Shown in pieces: positions 12,201 through 23,400 of a stretch of DNA of 64,000 nucleotides. This DNA comes from Eledone cirrhosa. Lineage: Eukaryota. The translations under genes were made by a program, and so were the position numbers. Below the pieces are notes generated by a model. The model saw only the letters and a list, made by a program, of their open reading frames with translations. It had not been told where the DNA came from and did no database searches. Within the stretch, counting starts at the first letter, position 1, and every line of letters starts with the position of its first letter. Where the stretch lies: positions 141,918,001 through 141,982,000 of the forward strand of contig OZ024743.1 in NCBI GenBank assembly GCA_964016885.1, written 5' to 3'.

Positions 12201-13893
12201 GTTTGTTGCTTGGTACTTGGTGCATGGTGTTTGGTGCTGGGTGCTTGGTGTTTGGTGCTTGGTGTTTAGTGCTTGGTGCTTGGTGTTTGGTGTTTGGTGT
12301 TTGATGCTTGGTGTTTGATGCTTGGTGCTTGGTGCTTGGTGTTTGGTGCTTGGTGTTTGTACTTGGTGCTTGGTGTTTTGTGCTTGGTTCTTTGTGTTTG
12401 GTGTTTGGTGCTTGGTGCTTGGTGCTTGGTGTTAGGTGTTTGGTGCTTGGTGCTTGGTGTTTGGTGTTTGGTACTAGGTGCTTGGTGATTGGTGTTTGGC
12501 GCTTGGTGCTTGGTGTTTGGTGTTTGGTGTTTGGTGCTTGCTGCTTGGTGCTTGGTGCTGGGTGGTTGGTGTTTGGTGCTTGGTGATTAGTGTTTGGTGC
12601 TAGGTGCTTGGGGTTTGGTGTTTGGTGCTTGGTGCTTGGTGTTTGGTGCTTGGTGCTTGGTGTTTGGTGCTTGGTGCTTGGTGTTTGGTGTTTGCTGTTT
12701 GCTGTTTGGTGTTTGTTGTTTGGTGTTTGTTGTTTGGTGTTTGCTGTTTGGTGTTTGGTATTTGGTGTTTGCTGTTTGGTGTCTGCTTTTTGGTGTTTGG
12801 TGTTTGCTGTATGTTGTTTGCTGTTTGGTGTTTGGTGTTTGGTGTTTGGTGTTTGGTGCTTGGTGCTTGGTGTTTGGTGCCTGGTGCTTGGTGTTTGGTG
12901 CCTGGTGCTTGGTACTTGGTGTTTGGTGTTTGGTGCTTGGTGCTTGGTGCTTGGAGTTTGGTGTTTGGTGCTTGGTGCTTGGTGTTTTGTGTTTGGTGTT
13001 TGGTTTTTGGTGCTTGGTGCTTGGTGCTTGGTACTTAGTCCTTGGTGTTTGGTGCTTGGTGCTTGGTGTTTGTACTTGGTGCTTGGTGCTTGGTGTTTGG
13101 TTCTTGGTTCTTGGTGTTTGGTACTTGGTGCTTGGTGCTTGGTGCTTGGTGTTTGGTGTTTGGTGCTTGGTGTTTGGTGCTTGGTGCTTGGTGCTTGGTG
13201 CTTGGTGTTAGGTGTTTGGTGCTTGGTGCTTGGTGTTTGGTGCTTGGTGTTTGCTGTCTGGTGTTTGGTGTTTGGTGTTTGGTGTTTGCTGTTTGGTGTC
13301 TGCTTTTTGGTGTTTGGTGTTTGCTGTATGGTGTTTGCTGTTTGGTGTTTGGTGCTTCGTGTTTGGTGTTTGGTCTTTGGTGATTGGTGTCTGGTGCTTG
13401 ATGTTTGGTGTTTGGTGTTTGGTGCTTGGTGCTTGGTGTTTGGTGCTTGGTGCTTGGTGTTTGTACTTGGTGCTTGGTGCTTGGTGTTTGGTGCTTGGTT
13501 CTTGGTGTTTGGTGCTTGGTGTTTGGTGCTTGGTGCTTGGTGTTTGGTGCTTGGTGCTTGGTGTTTGGTGTTTGGTGCTTGGTTCTTGGTGCTTGGTGTT
13601 AGGTGTTTGGTGCTTGGTGCTTGGTGTTTAGTGTTTGGTTCTTGGTGCTTGGTATTTGGTGCTTGGTGCTTGCTGCTTGGTGTTTGGTGCTTGGTGATTG
13701 ATGCTTGGTGTTTGGTGCTTGGTGCCCAGTGTTTGGTTTTTGGTGCTAGGTGCTTGGTGCATGGTGTTTGGTGCTTGGTGTTTGGTGTTTGGTGGTTGGT
13801 GCTTGGGGATTGGTGTTTGGTACTTGGTGCTTGGTGCTTGGTGTTTGGTGCTTGGTGCTTGGTGTTTGGTGTTTGGTGCTTGGTGCTTGGTAT

Positions 13894-16800
13894 TTGGTGC
13901 TTGGTGCTTGGTGTTTGGTGTTTGGTGCTTGGTGCTTGGTGTTTGGTGCTTGGTGCTTGGTGCTTGTTGTTTGGTGATTGGTACTTGGTGCTTGGTGTTT
14001 GGTGTTTGGTGCTTGGGGCTTGGTGTTTGGTGCTGCGTGCTTGGTGCTTGGTGCTTGGTGCTTGGTGCTTGGTGTTTGATGCTTGGTGTTTGATGCTTTG
14101 TGTTTGGTGTTTGGTGTTTGGTGCTTGGTGTTTGGTGTTTGATGCTTGGTGCTTGATGCTTGGTGCTTGGTGCTTGGTGTTTGGTGCTTGGTGCTTGGTG
14201 TTTGGTGTTTGGTGCTTGGTGCTTGGTGTTTGGTGCTTGGTGCTTGGTGCTTGTTGTTTGATGATTGGTACTTGGTGCTTGGTGTTTGGTGTTTGGTGCT
14301 TGGGGCTTGGTGTTTGGTGCGGCGTGCTTGGTGCTTGGTGCTTGGTGCTTGGTGCTTGGTGTTTTGTGTTTGGTGTTTGATGCTTGGTGCTTGGTGTTTG
14401 GTGTTTGGTGCTTGGTGTTTGGTGTTTGCTGTTTGCTGTTTGCTGTTTCGTGTTTGCTGTTTGGTGTTTGGTGTTTGGTGTTTGCTGTTTGGTGTTTGCT
14501 GTTTGGTGTTTGGTGCTTGCTGTTTGGTGCTTGGTGTTTGGTGCTTGGTGCTTGGTGTTTGGTGTTTGGTGTTTGGTGCTTGGTGCTTGGGGCTTGATTT
14601 GGTGCTTGGTGCTTGGTGCTTGGTGCTTGGTGTTTGGTGTTTGGTGCTTGGTGTTTGGTGCTTGGTGCTTGGTGCTGGGTGTTTGGTGCTTGGTGTTTGG
14701 TGCATGGTGCTTGGTGCTTGTTGTTTGTCGCTTGTTGCTTGGTGCTTGGTGTTTGGTGCTTGGTGCTTGGTGTTTGGTGTTAGGTGCTTGGTGCTTGGTG
14801 TTTGGTGTTTGGTGCTTGGTGCTTGGTGCTTGGTGTTTGCTGCTTGGTACTTGGTGCATGGTGTTTGGTGCTGGGTGCTTGGTGTTTGCTGCTTGGTGTT
14901 TGGGGCTTGGTGCTTGGTGTTTGGTGTTTGGTGTTTGATGCTTGGTGTTTTATGCTTGGTGCTTGGTGTTTGGTGCTTGGTGTTTGTACTTGGTGCTTGG
15001 TGCTTGGTGTTTTGTGCTTGGTTCTTGGTGTTTGGTGTTTGGTGCTTGGTACTTGGTGCTTGGTGTTAGGTGTTTGGTGCTTGGTGCTTGGTGTTTGGTG
15101 TTTGGTCCTTGGTGCTTGGTGCTTGGTGTTTAGTGCTTGGTGCTTGGTGTTTGTTGTTTGGTGCTTTCTGCTTGATGCTTGGTGTTTGCTGCTTGATGCT
15201 TGGTGCTTGGTGTTTGGTGTTTGGTGCTAGGTGCTTGGTGTTTGGTGTTTGGTGTTTGATGCTTGGTGTTTGGTGCTTGGTGTTTGGTGCTTGGTGCTTG
15301 GGGCTTGGTGTTTGGTGCTTGGTGCTTGGTGCTTGGTGTTTGGTGCTTGGTGTTTGGTGTTTGGTGTTTGATGCTTGGTGTTTGGTGCTTGGTGTTTGGT
15401 GCTTGGTGCTTGGGGCTTGGTGTTTGGTGTTTGGTGCTTGGTGCTTGGTGTTTGGTGCTTGGTGCTTGGTGCTGGGTGGTTGGTATTTGGTGCTTGGTGC
15501 TTGGTGTTTGGTGCTTGGTGCTTGGTGCTTGGTGTTTGGTGCTTGGTGCTTGGTGCTTGGTCTTTGGTGCTTGGTGTTTGGTGTTTGGTGCTTGGTGCTT
15601 TGTGTTTGGTGCTTGGTGATTAGTGTTTGGTGCTTGGTGCTTGGGGTTTGGTGTTTGGTGCTTGGTACGTGGTGTTTGGCGCTTGGTGTTTGGTGTTTGC
15701 TGTTTGGTGTTTGGTGTTTGGTGTTTGCTGTATGGTGTTTGCTGTTTCGTGTTTGGTGTTTGGTGTTTGCTGTTTGGTGTTTGGTCTTTGGTGCTTGGTG
15801 TTTGGTGCTTGGTGCTTGGTGTTTGGTGTTTGGTGCTTGGTGTTTGGTGTTTGGTGCTTGGTGCTTGGTGCTTGGTGTTTGGTGTTTGGTGTTTGGTGCT
15901 TGGTGTCTGGTGCTTGGTGTTTGGTGTTTGGTGTTTGGTGCTTGGTGTTTGGTGTTTGGTGTTTGGTGTTTGGTGCTTGTTGCTTGGTACTTGGTGCTTG
16001 GTGTTTGGTGCTTGGTGCTTGGTGTTTGGTGCTGGGTGCTTGGTGTTTGGTGCTTGGTTCTTGGTGCTTGGTGTTTGGTGTTTGGTGCTTGGTGCTTGGT
16101 GCTTGGTGTTTGGTGTTTGGTGCTTGGTGTTTTATGCTTGGTGTTTGATGTTTGGTGCTTGGTGCTTGGTGTTTGGTGCTTGGTGCTTGGTGTTTGTACT
16201 TGGTGCTTGGTGCTTGGTTCTTGGTGTTTGGTGCTTGGTGCTTGGTGCTTGGTGCTTGGTACTTGGTGTTTGGTGCTTGGTGCTTGGTGTTTGGTGTTTG
16301 GTGCTTGGTGTTTGGTGCTTGGTACTTGGTGCTTGGTGCTTGGTGTTAGGTGTTTGGTGCTTGGTGCTTGGTGTTTGGTTTTTGGTGCTTGGTGCTTGGT
16401 GTTTGGTGTTTGGTGCTTGCTGCTGGCTGCTTGGTGTTTGGTGCTTGGTGATTGGTGCTTGGTGTTTGGTGCTTGGTGTTTGGTGTTTGGTACTAGGTGC
16501 TTGGTGCTTGGTGTTTGGTGCTTGGTGCTTGGTGTTTGGTGTTTGGTGCTTGGTGCTTGGTGTTTGGTGCTTGGTGCTGGGTGCTGGGTGGTTGGTGTTT
16601 GGTGTTTGGTGTCTGGTGCTGGGTGCTTGGTGTTTGGTGCTTGGTGCTTGGTCTTTGGTGTTTGGTGTTTGGTGTTTGGTGCTTGGTGCTTGGTGCTTGG
16701 TGTTTGGTGCTTGGTGCTTGGTGTTTGGTGCTTGGTGCTTAGTGTTTGGTGCTAGGTGCTTGGGGTTTGGTGTTTGGTGCTTGGTGCTTGGTGTTTGGTG

Positions 16801-19800
16801 CTTGGTGCTTGGTGTTTGGTGTTTGGTGCTTGGTGCTTGGTGTTTGGTGTTTGGTGTTTGCTGTTTGGTGTTTGGTGTTTGGTGTTTGCTGTTTGGTGTC
16901 TGCTTTTTGGTGTTTGGTGTTGGCTGTATGTTATTTGCTGTTTGGTGTTTGGTGTTTGGTGTTTGGTGCTTGGTGCTTGGTGTTTGGTGTTTGGTGCTTG
17001 GTGCTTGGAGTTTGGTGTTTGGTGCTTGGTGCTTGGTGTTTTGTGTTTGGTGTTTGGTTTTTGGTGCTTGGTGCTTGGTGCTTGTTGCTTGGTCCTTGGT
17101 GTTTGGTGCTTGGTGCTTGGTGTTTGTACTTGGTGCTTGGTGCTTGGTGTTTGGTTCTTGGTTCTTGGTGTTTGGTACTTGGTGCTTGGTGCTTGGTGTT
17201 TGGTGTTTGGTGCTTGGTGCTTGGTGTTTGGTGCTTGGTGCTTGGTGCTTGTTGTTTGGTGATTGGTACTTGGTGCTTGGTGTTTGGTGTTTGGTGCTTG
17301 GGGCTTGGTGTTTGGTGCTGCGTGCTTGGTGCTTGGTGCTTGGTGCTTGGTGCTTGGTGTTTGATGCTTGGTGTTTGATGCTTTGTGTTTGGTGTTTGGT
17401 GTTTGGTGCTTGGTGTTTGGTGTTTGATGCTTGGTGCTTGATGCTTGGTGCTTGGTGCTTGGTGTTTGGTGCTTGGTGCTTGGTGTTTGGTGTTTGGTGC
17501 TTGGTGCTTGGTGTTTGGTGCTTGGTGCTTGGTGCTTGTTGTTTGATGATTGGTACTTGGTGCTTGGTGTTTGGTGTTTGGTGCTTGGGGCTTGGTGTTT
17601 GGTGCGGCGTGCTTGGTGCTTGGTGCTTGGTGCTTGGTGCTTGGTGTTTTGTGTTTGGTGTTTGATGCTTGGTGCTTGGTGTTTGGTGTTTGGTGCTTGG
17701 TGTTTGGTGTTTGCTGTTTGCTGTTTGCTGTTTCGTGTTTGCTGTTTGGTGTTTGGTGTTTGGTGTTTGCTGTTTGGTGTTTGCTGTTTGGTGTTTGGTG
17801 CTTGCTGTTTGGTGCTTGGTGTTTGGTGCTTGGTGCTTGGTGTTTGGTGTTTGGTGTTTGGTGCTTGGTGCTTGGGGCTTGATTTGGTGCTTGGTGCTTG
17901 GTGCTTGGTGCTTGGTGTTTGGTGTTTGGTGCTTGGTGTTTGGTGCTTGGTGCTTGGTGCTGGGTGTTTGGTGCTTGGTGTTTGGTGCATGGTGCTTGGT
18001 GCTTGTTGTTTGTCGCTTGTTGCTTGGTGCTTGGTGTTTGGTGCTTGGTGCTTGGTGTTTGGTGTTAGGTGCTTGGTGCTTGGTGTTTGGTGTTTGGTGC
18101 TTGGTGCTTGGTGCTTGGTGTTTGCTGCTTGGTACTTGGTGCATGGTGTTTGGTGCTGGGTGCTTGGTGTTTGCTGCTTGGTGTTTGGGGCTTGGTGCTT
18201 GGTGTTTGGTGTTTGGTGTTTGATGCTTGGTGTTTTATGCTTGGTGCTTGGTGTTTGGTGCTTGGTGTTTGTACTTGGTGCTTGGTGCTTGGTGTTTTGT
18301 GCTTGGTTCTTGGTGTTTGGTGTTTGGTGCTTGGTACTTGGTGCTTGGTGTTAGGTGTTTGGTGCTTGGTGCTTGGTGTTTGGTGTTTGGTCCTTGGTGC
18401 TTGGTGCTTGGTGTTTAGTGCTTGGTGCTTGGTGTTTGTTGTTTGGTGCTTTCTGCTTGATGCTTGGTGTTTGCTGCTTGATGCTTGGTGCTTGGTGTTT
18501 GGTGTTTGGTGCTAGGTGCTTGGTGTTTGGTGTTTGGTGTTTGATGCTTGGTGTTTGGTGCTTGGTGTTTGGTGCTTGGTGCTTGGGGCTTGGTGTTTGG
18601 TGCTTGGTGCTTGGTGCTTGGTGTTTGGTGCTTGGTGTTTGGTGTTTGGTGTTTGATGCTTGGTGTTTGGTGCTTGGTGTTTGGTGCTTGGTGCTTGGGG
18701 CTTGGTGTTTGGTGTTTGGTGCTTGGTGCTTGGTGTTTGGTGCTTGGTGCTTGGTGCTGGGTGGTTGGTATTTGGTGCTTGGTGCTTGGTGTTTGGTGCT
18801 TGGTGCTTGGTGCTTGGTGTTTGGTGCTTGGTGCTTGGTGCTTGGTCTTTGGTGCTTGGTGTTTGGTGTTTGGTGCTTGGTGCTTTGTGTTTGGTGCTTG
18901 GTGATTAGTGTTTGGTGCTTGGTGCTTGGGGTTTGGTGTTTGGTGCTTGGTACGTGGTGTTTGGCGCTTGGTGTTTGGTGTTTGCTGTTTGGTGTTTGGT
19001 GTTTGGTGTTTGCTGTATGGTGTTTGCTGTTTCGTGTTTGGTGTTTGGTGTTTGCTGTTTGGTGTTTGGTCTTTGGTGCTTGGTGTTTGGTGCTTGGTGC
19101 TTGGTGTTTGGTGTTTGGTGCTTGGTGTTTGGTGTTTGGTGCTTGGTGCTTGGTGCTTGGTGTTTGGTGTTTGGTGTTTGGTGCTTGGTGTCTGGTGCTT
19201 GGTGTTTGGTGTTTGGTGTTTGGTGCTTGGTGTTTGGTGTTTGGTGTTTGGTGTTTGGTGCTTGTTGCTTGGTACTTGGTGCTTGGTGTTTGGTGCTTGG
19301 TGCTTGGTGTTTGGTGCTGGGTGCTTGGTGTTTGGTGCTTGGTTCTTGGTGCTTGGTGTTTGGTGTTTGGTGCTTGGTGCTTGGTGCTTGGTGTTTGGTG
19401 TTTGGTGCTTGGTGTTTTATGCTTGGTGTTTGATGTTTGGTGCTTGGTGCTTGGTGTTTGGTGCTTGGTGCTTGGTGTTTGTACTTGGTGCTTGGTGCTT
19501 GGTTCTTGGTGTTTGGTGCTTGGTGCTTGGTGCTTGGTGCTTGGTACTTGGTGTTTGGTGCTTGGTGCTTGGTGTTTGGTGTTTGGTGCTTGGTGTTTGG
19601 TGCTTGGTACTTGGTGCTTGGTGCTTGGTGTTAGGTGTTTGGTGCTTGGTGCTTGGTGTTTGGTTTTTGGTGCTTGGTGCTTGGTGTTTGGTGTTTGGTG
19701 CTTGCTGCTGGCTGCTTGGTGTTTGGTGCTTGGTGATTGGTGCTTGGTGTTTGGTGCTTGGTGTTTGGTGTTTGGTACTAGGTGCTTGGTGCTTGGTGTT

Positions 19801-20463
19801 TGGTGCTTGGTGCTTGGTGTTTGGTGTTTGGTGCTTGGTGCTTGGTGTTTGGTGCTTGGTGCTGGGTGCTGGGTGGTTGGTGTTTGGTGTTTGGTGTCTG
19901 GTGCTGGGTGCTTGGTGTTTGGTGCTTGGTGCTTGGTCTTTGGTGTTTGGTGTTTGGTGTTTGGTGCTTGGTGCTTGGTGCTTGGTGTTTGGTGCTTGGT
20001 GCTTGGTGTTTGGTGCTTGGTGCTTAGTGTTTGGTGCTAGGTGCTTGGGGTTTGGTGTTTGGTGCTTGGTGCTTGGTGTTTGGTGCTTGGTGCTTGGTGT
20101 TTGGTGTTTGGTGCTTGGTGCTTGGTGTTTGGTGTTTGGTGTTTGCTGTTTGGTGTTTGGTGTTTGGTGTTTGCTGTTTGGTGTCTGCTTTTTGGTGTTT
20201 GGTGTTGGCTGTATGTTATTTGCTGTTTGGTGTTTGGTGTTTGGTGTTTGGTGCTTGGTGCTTGGTGTTTGGTGTTTGGTGCTTGGTGCTTGGAGTTTGG
20301 TGTTTGGTGCTTGGTGCTTGGTGTTTTGTGTTTGGTGTTTGGTTTTTGGTGCTTGGTGCTTGGTGCTTGTTGCTTGGTCCTTGGTGTTTGGTGCTTGGTG
20401 CTTGGTGTTTGTACTTGGTGCTTGGTGCTTGGTGTTTGGTTCTTGGTTCTTGGTGTTTGGTAC
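13894..20463 (+). repeat. Tandem duplication, 3285-bp unit (about 13894-17178 and 17179-20463)
   Basis: Matching ORF translations recur at a constant +3285 (14146/17431, 14384/17669, 15070/18355, 15627/18912, 16497/19782). The 5-bp monomer TTGAT sits at 14594 and 17879. Length reconciles as 470 monomers: 466x7 + 3x6 + 1x5 = 3285. Confidence 0.93.
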
Positions 20464-23400
20464 TTGGTGCTTGGTGCTTGGTGCTTGGTGTTTGGTGTTT
20501 GGTGCTTGGTGTTTGGTGCTTGGTGCTTGGTGCTTGGTGTTAGGTGTTTGGTGCTTGGTGCTTGGTGTTTGGTGCTTGGTGTTTGGTGTTTGCTGTTTGG
20601 TGTTTGGTGTTTGGTGTTTGGTGTTTGCTGTTTGGTGTCTGCTTTTTGGTGTTTGGTGTTTGGTGTATGGTGTTTGCTGTTTCGTGTTTGGTGTTTGCTG
20701 TTTGGTGTTTGGTGTTTGCTGTTTGGTGTTTGGTCTTTGGTGCTTGGTGTTTGGTGCTTGGTGCTTGGTGTTTGGTGTTTGGTGCTTGGTGCTTGGTGCT
20801 TCGTGTTTGGTGTTTGGTGCTTGGTGTCTGGAGCTTGGTGTTTGGTGTTTGGTGCTTGGTGTTTGGTGTTTGGTGCTTGGTGCTTGGTGTTTGGTGCTTG
20901 GTTCTTGGTGTTTGGTGCTTGGTGTTTGGTGCTTGGTGCTTGGTGTTTGGTGCTTGGTGCTTGGTGTTTGGTGTTTGGTGCTTGGTGCTTGGTGCTTGGT
21001 GTTTGATGTTTGGTGCTTGGTGCTTGGTGTTTGGTGTTTGGTTCTTGGTGCTTGGTATTTGGTGCTTGGTGCTTGCTGCTTGGTGTTTGGTGCTTGGTGT
21101 TTGGTGTTTGCTGCTTGGTGCTTGGGGCTTGGTGTTTGGTACTTGGTGCTTGGTGCTTGGTGTTTGGTGCTTGGTGCTTGGTGTATGGTGTTTGGTGTTT
21201 GGTGCTTGGTGTTTGGTGTTTGGTGCTTGGTGCTTGGTGTTTGTTGCTTGGTACTTGGTTCATGGTGTTTGGTGCTGGGTGCTTGGTGTTTGGTGCTTGG
21301 TGCTTGGTGTTTGGTGTTTGGTGCTTGGTGTTTGGTGTTTGGTGCTTGGTGCTTGGTGTTTGTTGCTTGGTACTTGGTGCATGGTGTTTGGTGCTGGGTG
21401 CTTGGTGTTTGGTGCTTGGTGTTTGGTGCTTGGTGCTTGGTGTTTGGTGTTTGGTGTTTGATGCTTGGTGCTTGGTGCTTGGTGTTTGGTGCTTGGTGTT
21501 TGTACTTGGTGCTTGGTGTTTTGTGCTTGGTTCTTTGTGTTTGGTGTTTGGTGCTTGGTGCTTGGTGCTTGGTGTTAGGTGTTTGGAGCTTGGTGCTTGG
21601 TGTTTGGTGTTTGGTCCTTGGTGCTTGGTGTTTAGTGCTTGGTGCTTGGTGTTTGTTGTTTGGTGCTTTCTGCTTGCTGCTTGGCGTTTGGTGCTTGGTG
21701 CTTGGTGCTTGGTGTTTGGTGTTTGGTGCTAGGTGCTTGGTGTTTGGTGTTTGGTGTTTGATGCTTGGTGTTTGGTGCTTGGTGTTTGGTGTTTTGTGCT
21801 TGGTGCTTGGGGCTTGGTGTTTAGTGCTTGGTGCTTGGTGCTTGGTGTTTGGTGGTTGGTGCTTGGTGTTTGGTGTTTGGTGTTTGGTGCTTGGTGGTTG
21901 GTGTTTGGTGCTTGGTGCTTGGTGCTGGGTGGTTGGTATTTGGTGCTTGGTGCTTGGTGTTTGGTGCTTGGTGCTTGGTGCTTGGTGTTTGGTGCTTGGT
22001 GCTTGGTGCTTGGACTTTGGTGCTTGGTGTTTGGTGCTTGGTGCTTGGTGCTTGGTGTTTGGTGCTTGGTGATTAGTGTTTGGTGCTTGGTGCTTGGGGT
22101 TTGGTGTTTGGTGCTTGGTACTTGGTGTTTGGTGCTTGGTGTTTGGTGTTTGCTGTTTGGTGTTTGCTGTTTGCTGTTTGCTGTTTGCTGTTTGCTTTTT
22201 GGTGTTTGGTGTTTGCTGTATGGTGTTTGCTGTTTGGTGTTTGGTGTTTGCTGTTTGGTGTTTGGTGTTTGCTGTTTGGTATTTGGTGCTTGGTGTTTGG
22301 TGCTTGGTGCTTGGTGTTTGGTGTTTGGTGCTTGGTGCTTGGTGTTTGGTGTTTGTTGCTTGGTGCTTGGTGCTTGGTGTTTGGTGTTTGGTGTTTGGTG
22401 CTTGGTGTCTGGTGTTTGGTGTTTGGTGTTTGGTGCTTGTTGCTTGGTGCTTGGTGCTTGGGGTTTGGTTCTTGGTTCTTGGTGTTTGGTACTTGGTGCT
22501 TGGTGTTTGGTGCTGGGTGCTTGGTGTTTGGTGATTGGTGCTTGGTGCTTGCTGTTTGGTGTTTGGTGCTTGGTGCTTGGTGTTTGGTGTTTGGTGTTAT
22601 ATGCTTGGTGTTTGATGCTTGGTGCTTGGTGCTTGGTATTTGGTGTTTGGTGCTTGGTGTTTGTACTTGGTGCTTGGTTCTTGGTTCTTGGTGCTTGGTG
22701 CTTGGTGCTTGGTGCTTGGTGCTTGGTGTTTGGTGCTTGGTGTTTGGTGCTTGGTGTTTGGTGCTTGGTGCCTGGTGTTTGGTGCTTGGTGTTTGGTGCT
22801 TGGTACTTGGTGCTTGGTGCTTGGTGTTAGGTGTTTGGTGCTTGGTGCTTGGTGTTTGGTTTTTGGTGCTTGGTGCTTGGTGTTTGGTGTTTGGTGCTTG
22901 CTGCTGGCTGCTTGGTGTTTGGTGCTTGGTGATTGGTGCTTGGTGTTTGGTGCTTGGTGTTTGGTGTTTGGTACTAGGTGCTTGGTGTTTGGTGTTTGGT
23001 GTTTGGTGCTTGGTGTTTGGTGTTTGGTGCTTGGTGCTTGGTGTTTGGTGTTTGGTGCTTGGTGCTTGGAGTTTGGTGTTTGGTGCTTGGTGCTTGGTGT
23101 TTTGTGTTTGGTGTTTGGTTTTTGGTGCTTGGTGCTTGGTGCTTGTTGCTTGGTCCTTGGTGTTTGGTGCTTGGTGCTTGGTGTTTGTACTTGGTGCTTG
23201 GTGCTTGGTGTTTGGTTCTTGGTTCTTGGTGTTTGGTACTTGGTGCTTGGTGCTTGGTGCTTGGTGTTTGGTGTTTGGTGCTTGGTGTTTGGTGCTTGGT
23301 GCTTGGTGCTTGGTGTTAGGTGTTTGGTGCTTGGTGCTTGGTGTTTGGTGCTTGGTGTTTGGTGTTTGCTGTTTGGTGTTTGGTGTTTGGTGTTTGGTGT

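Noticed and set aside
9560-14859. Minus-strand 918-aa and 848-aa PSTKHQ-repeat ORFs joined by an ATGA overlap at 12103-12106, resembling a coupled operon or mucin-like gene
   Set aside because: The overlap is created by a single TTGGTTC-ATGGTGT variant pair that recurs elsewhere. All minus frames encode the same repeat, with no signal peptide, anchor or frame preference.
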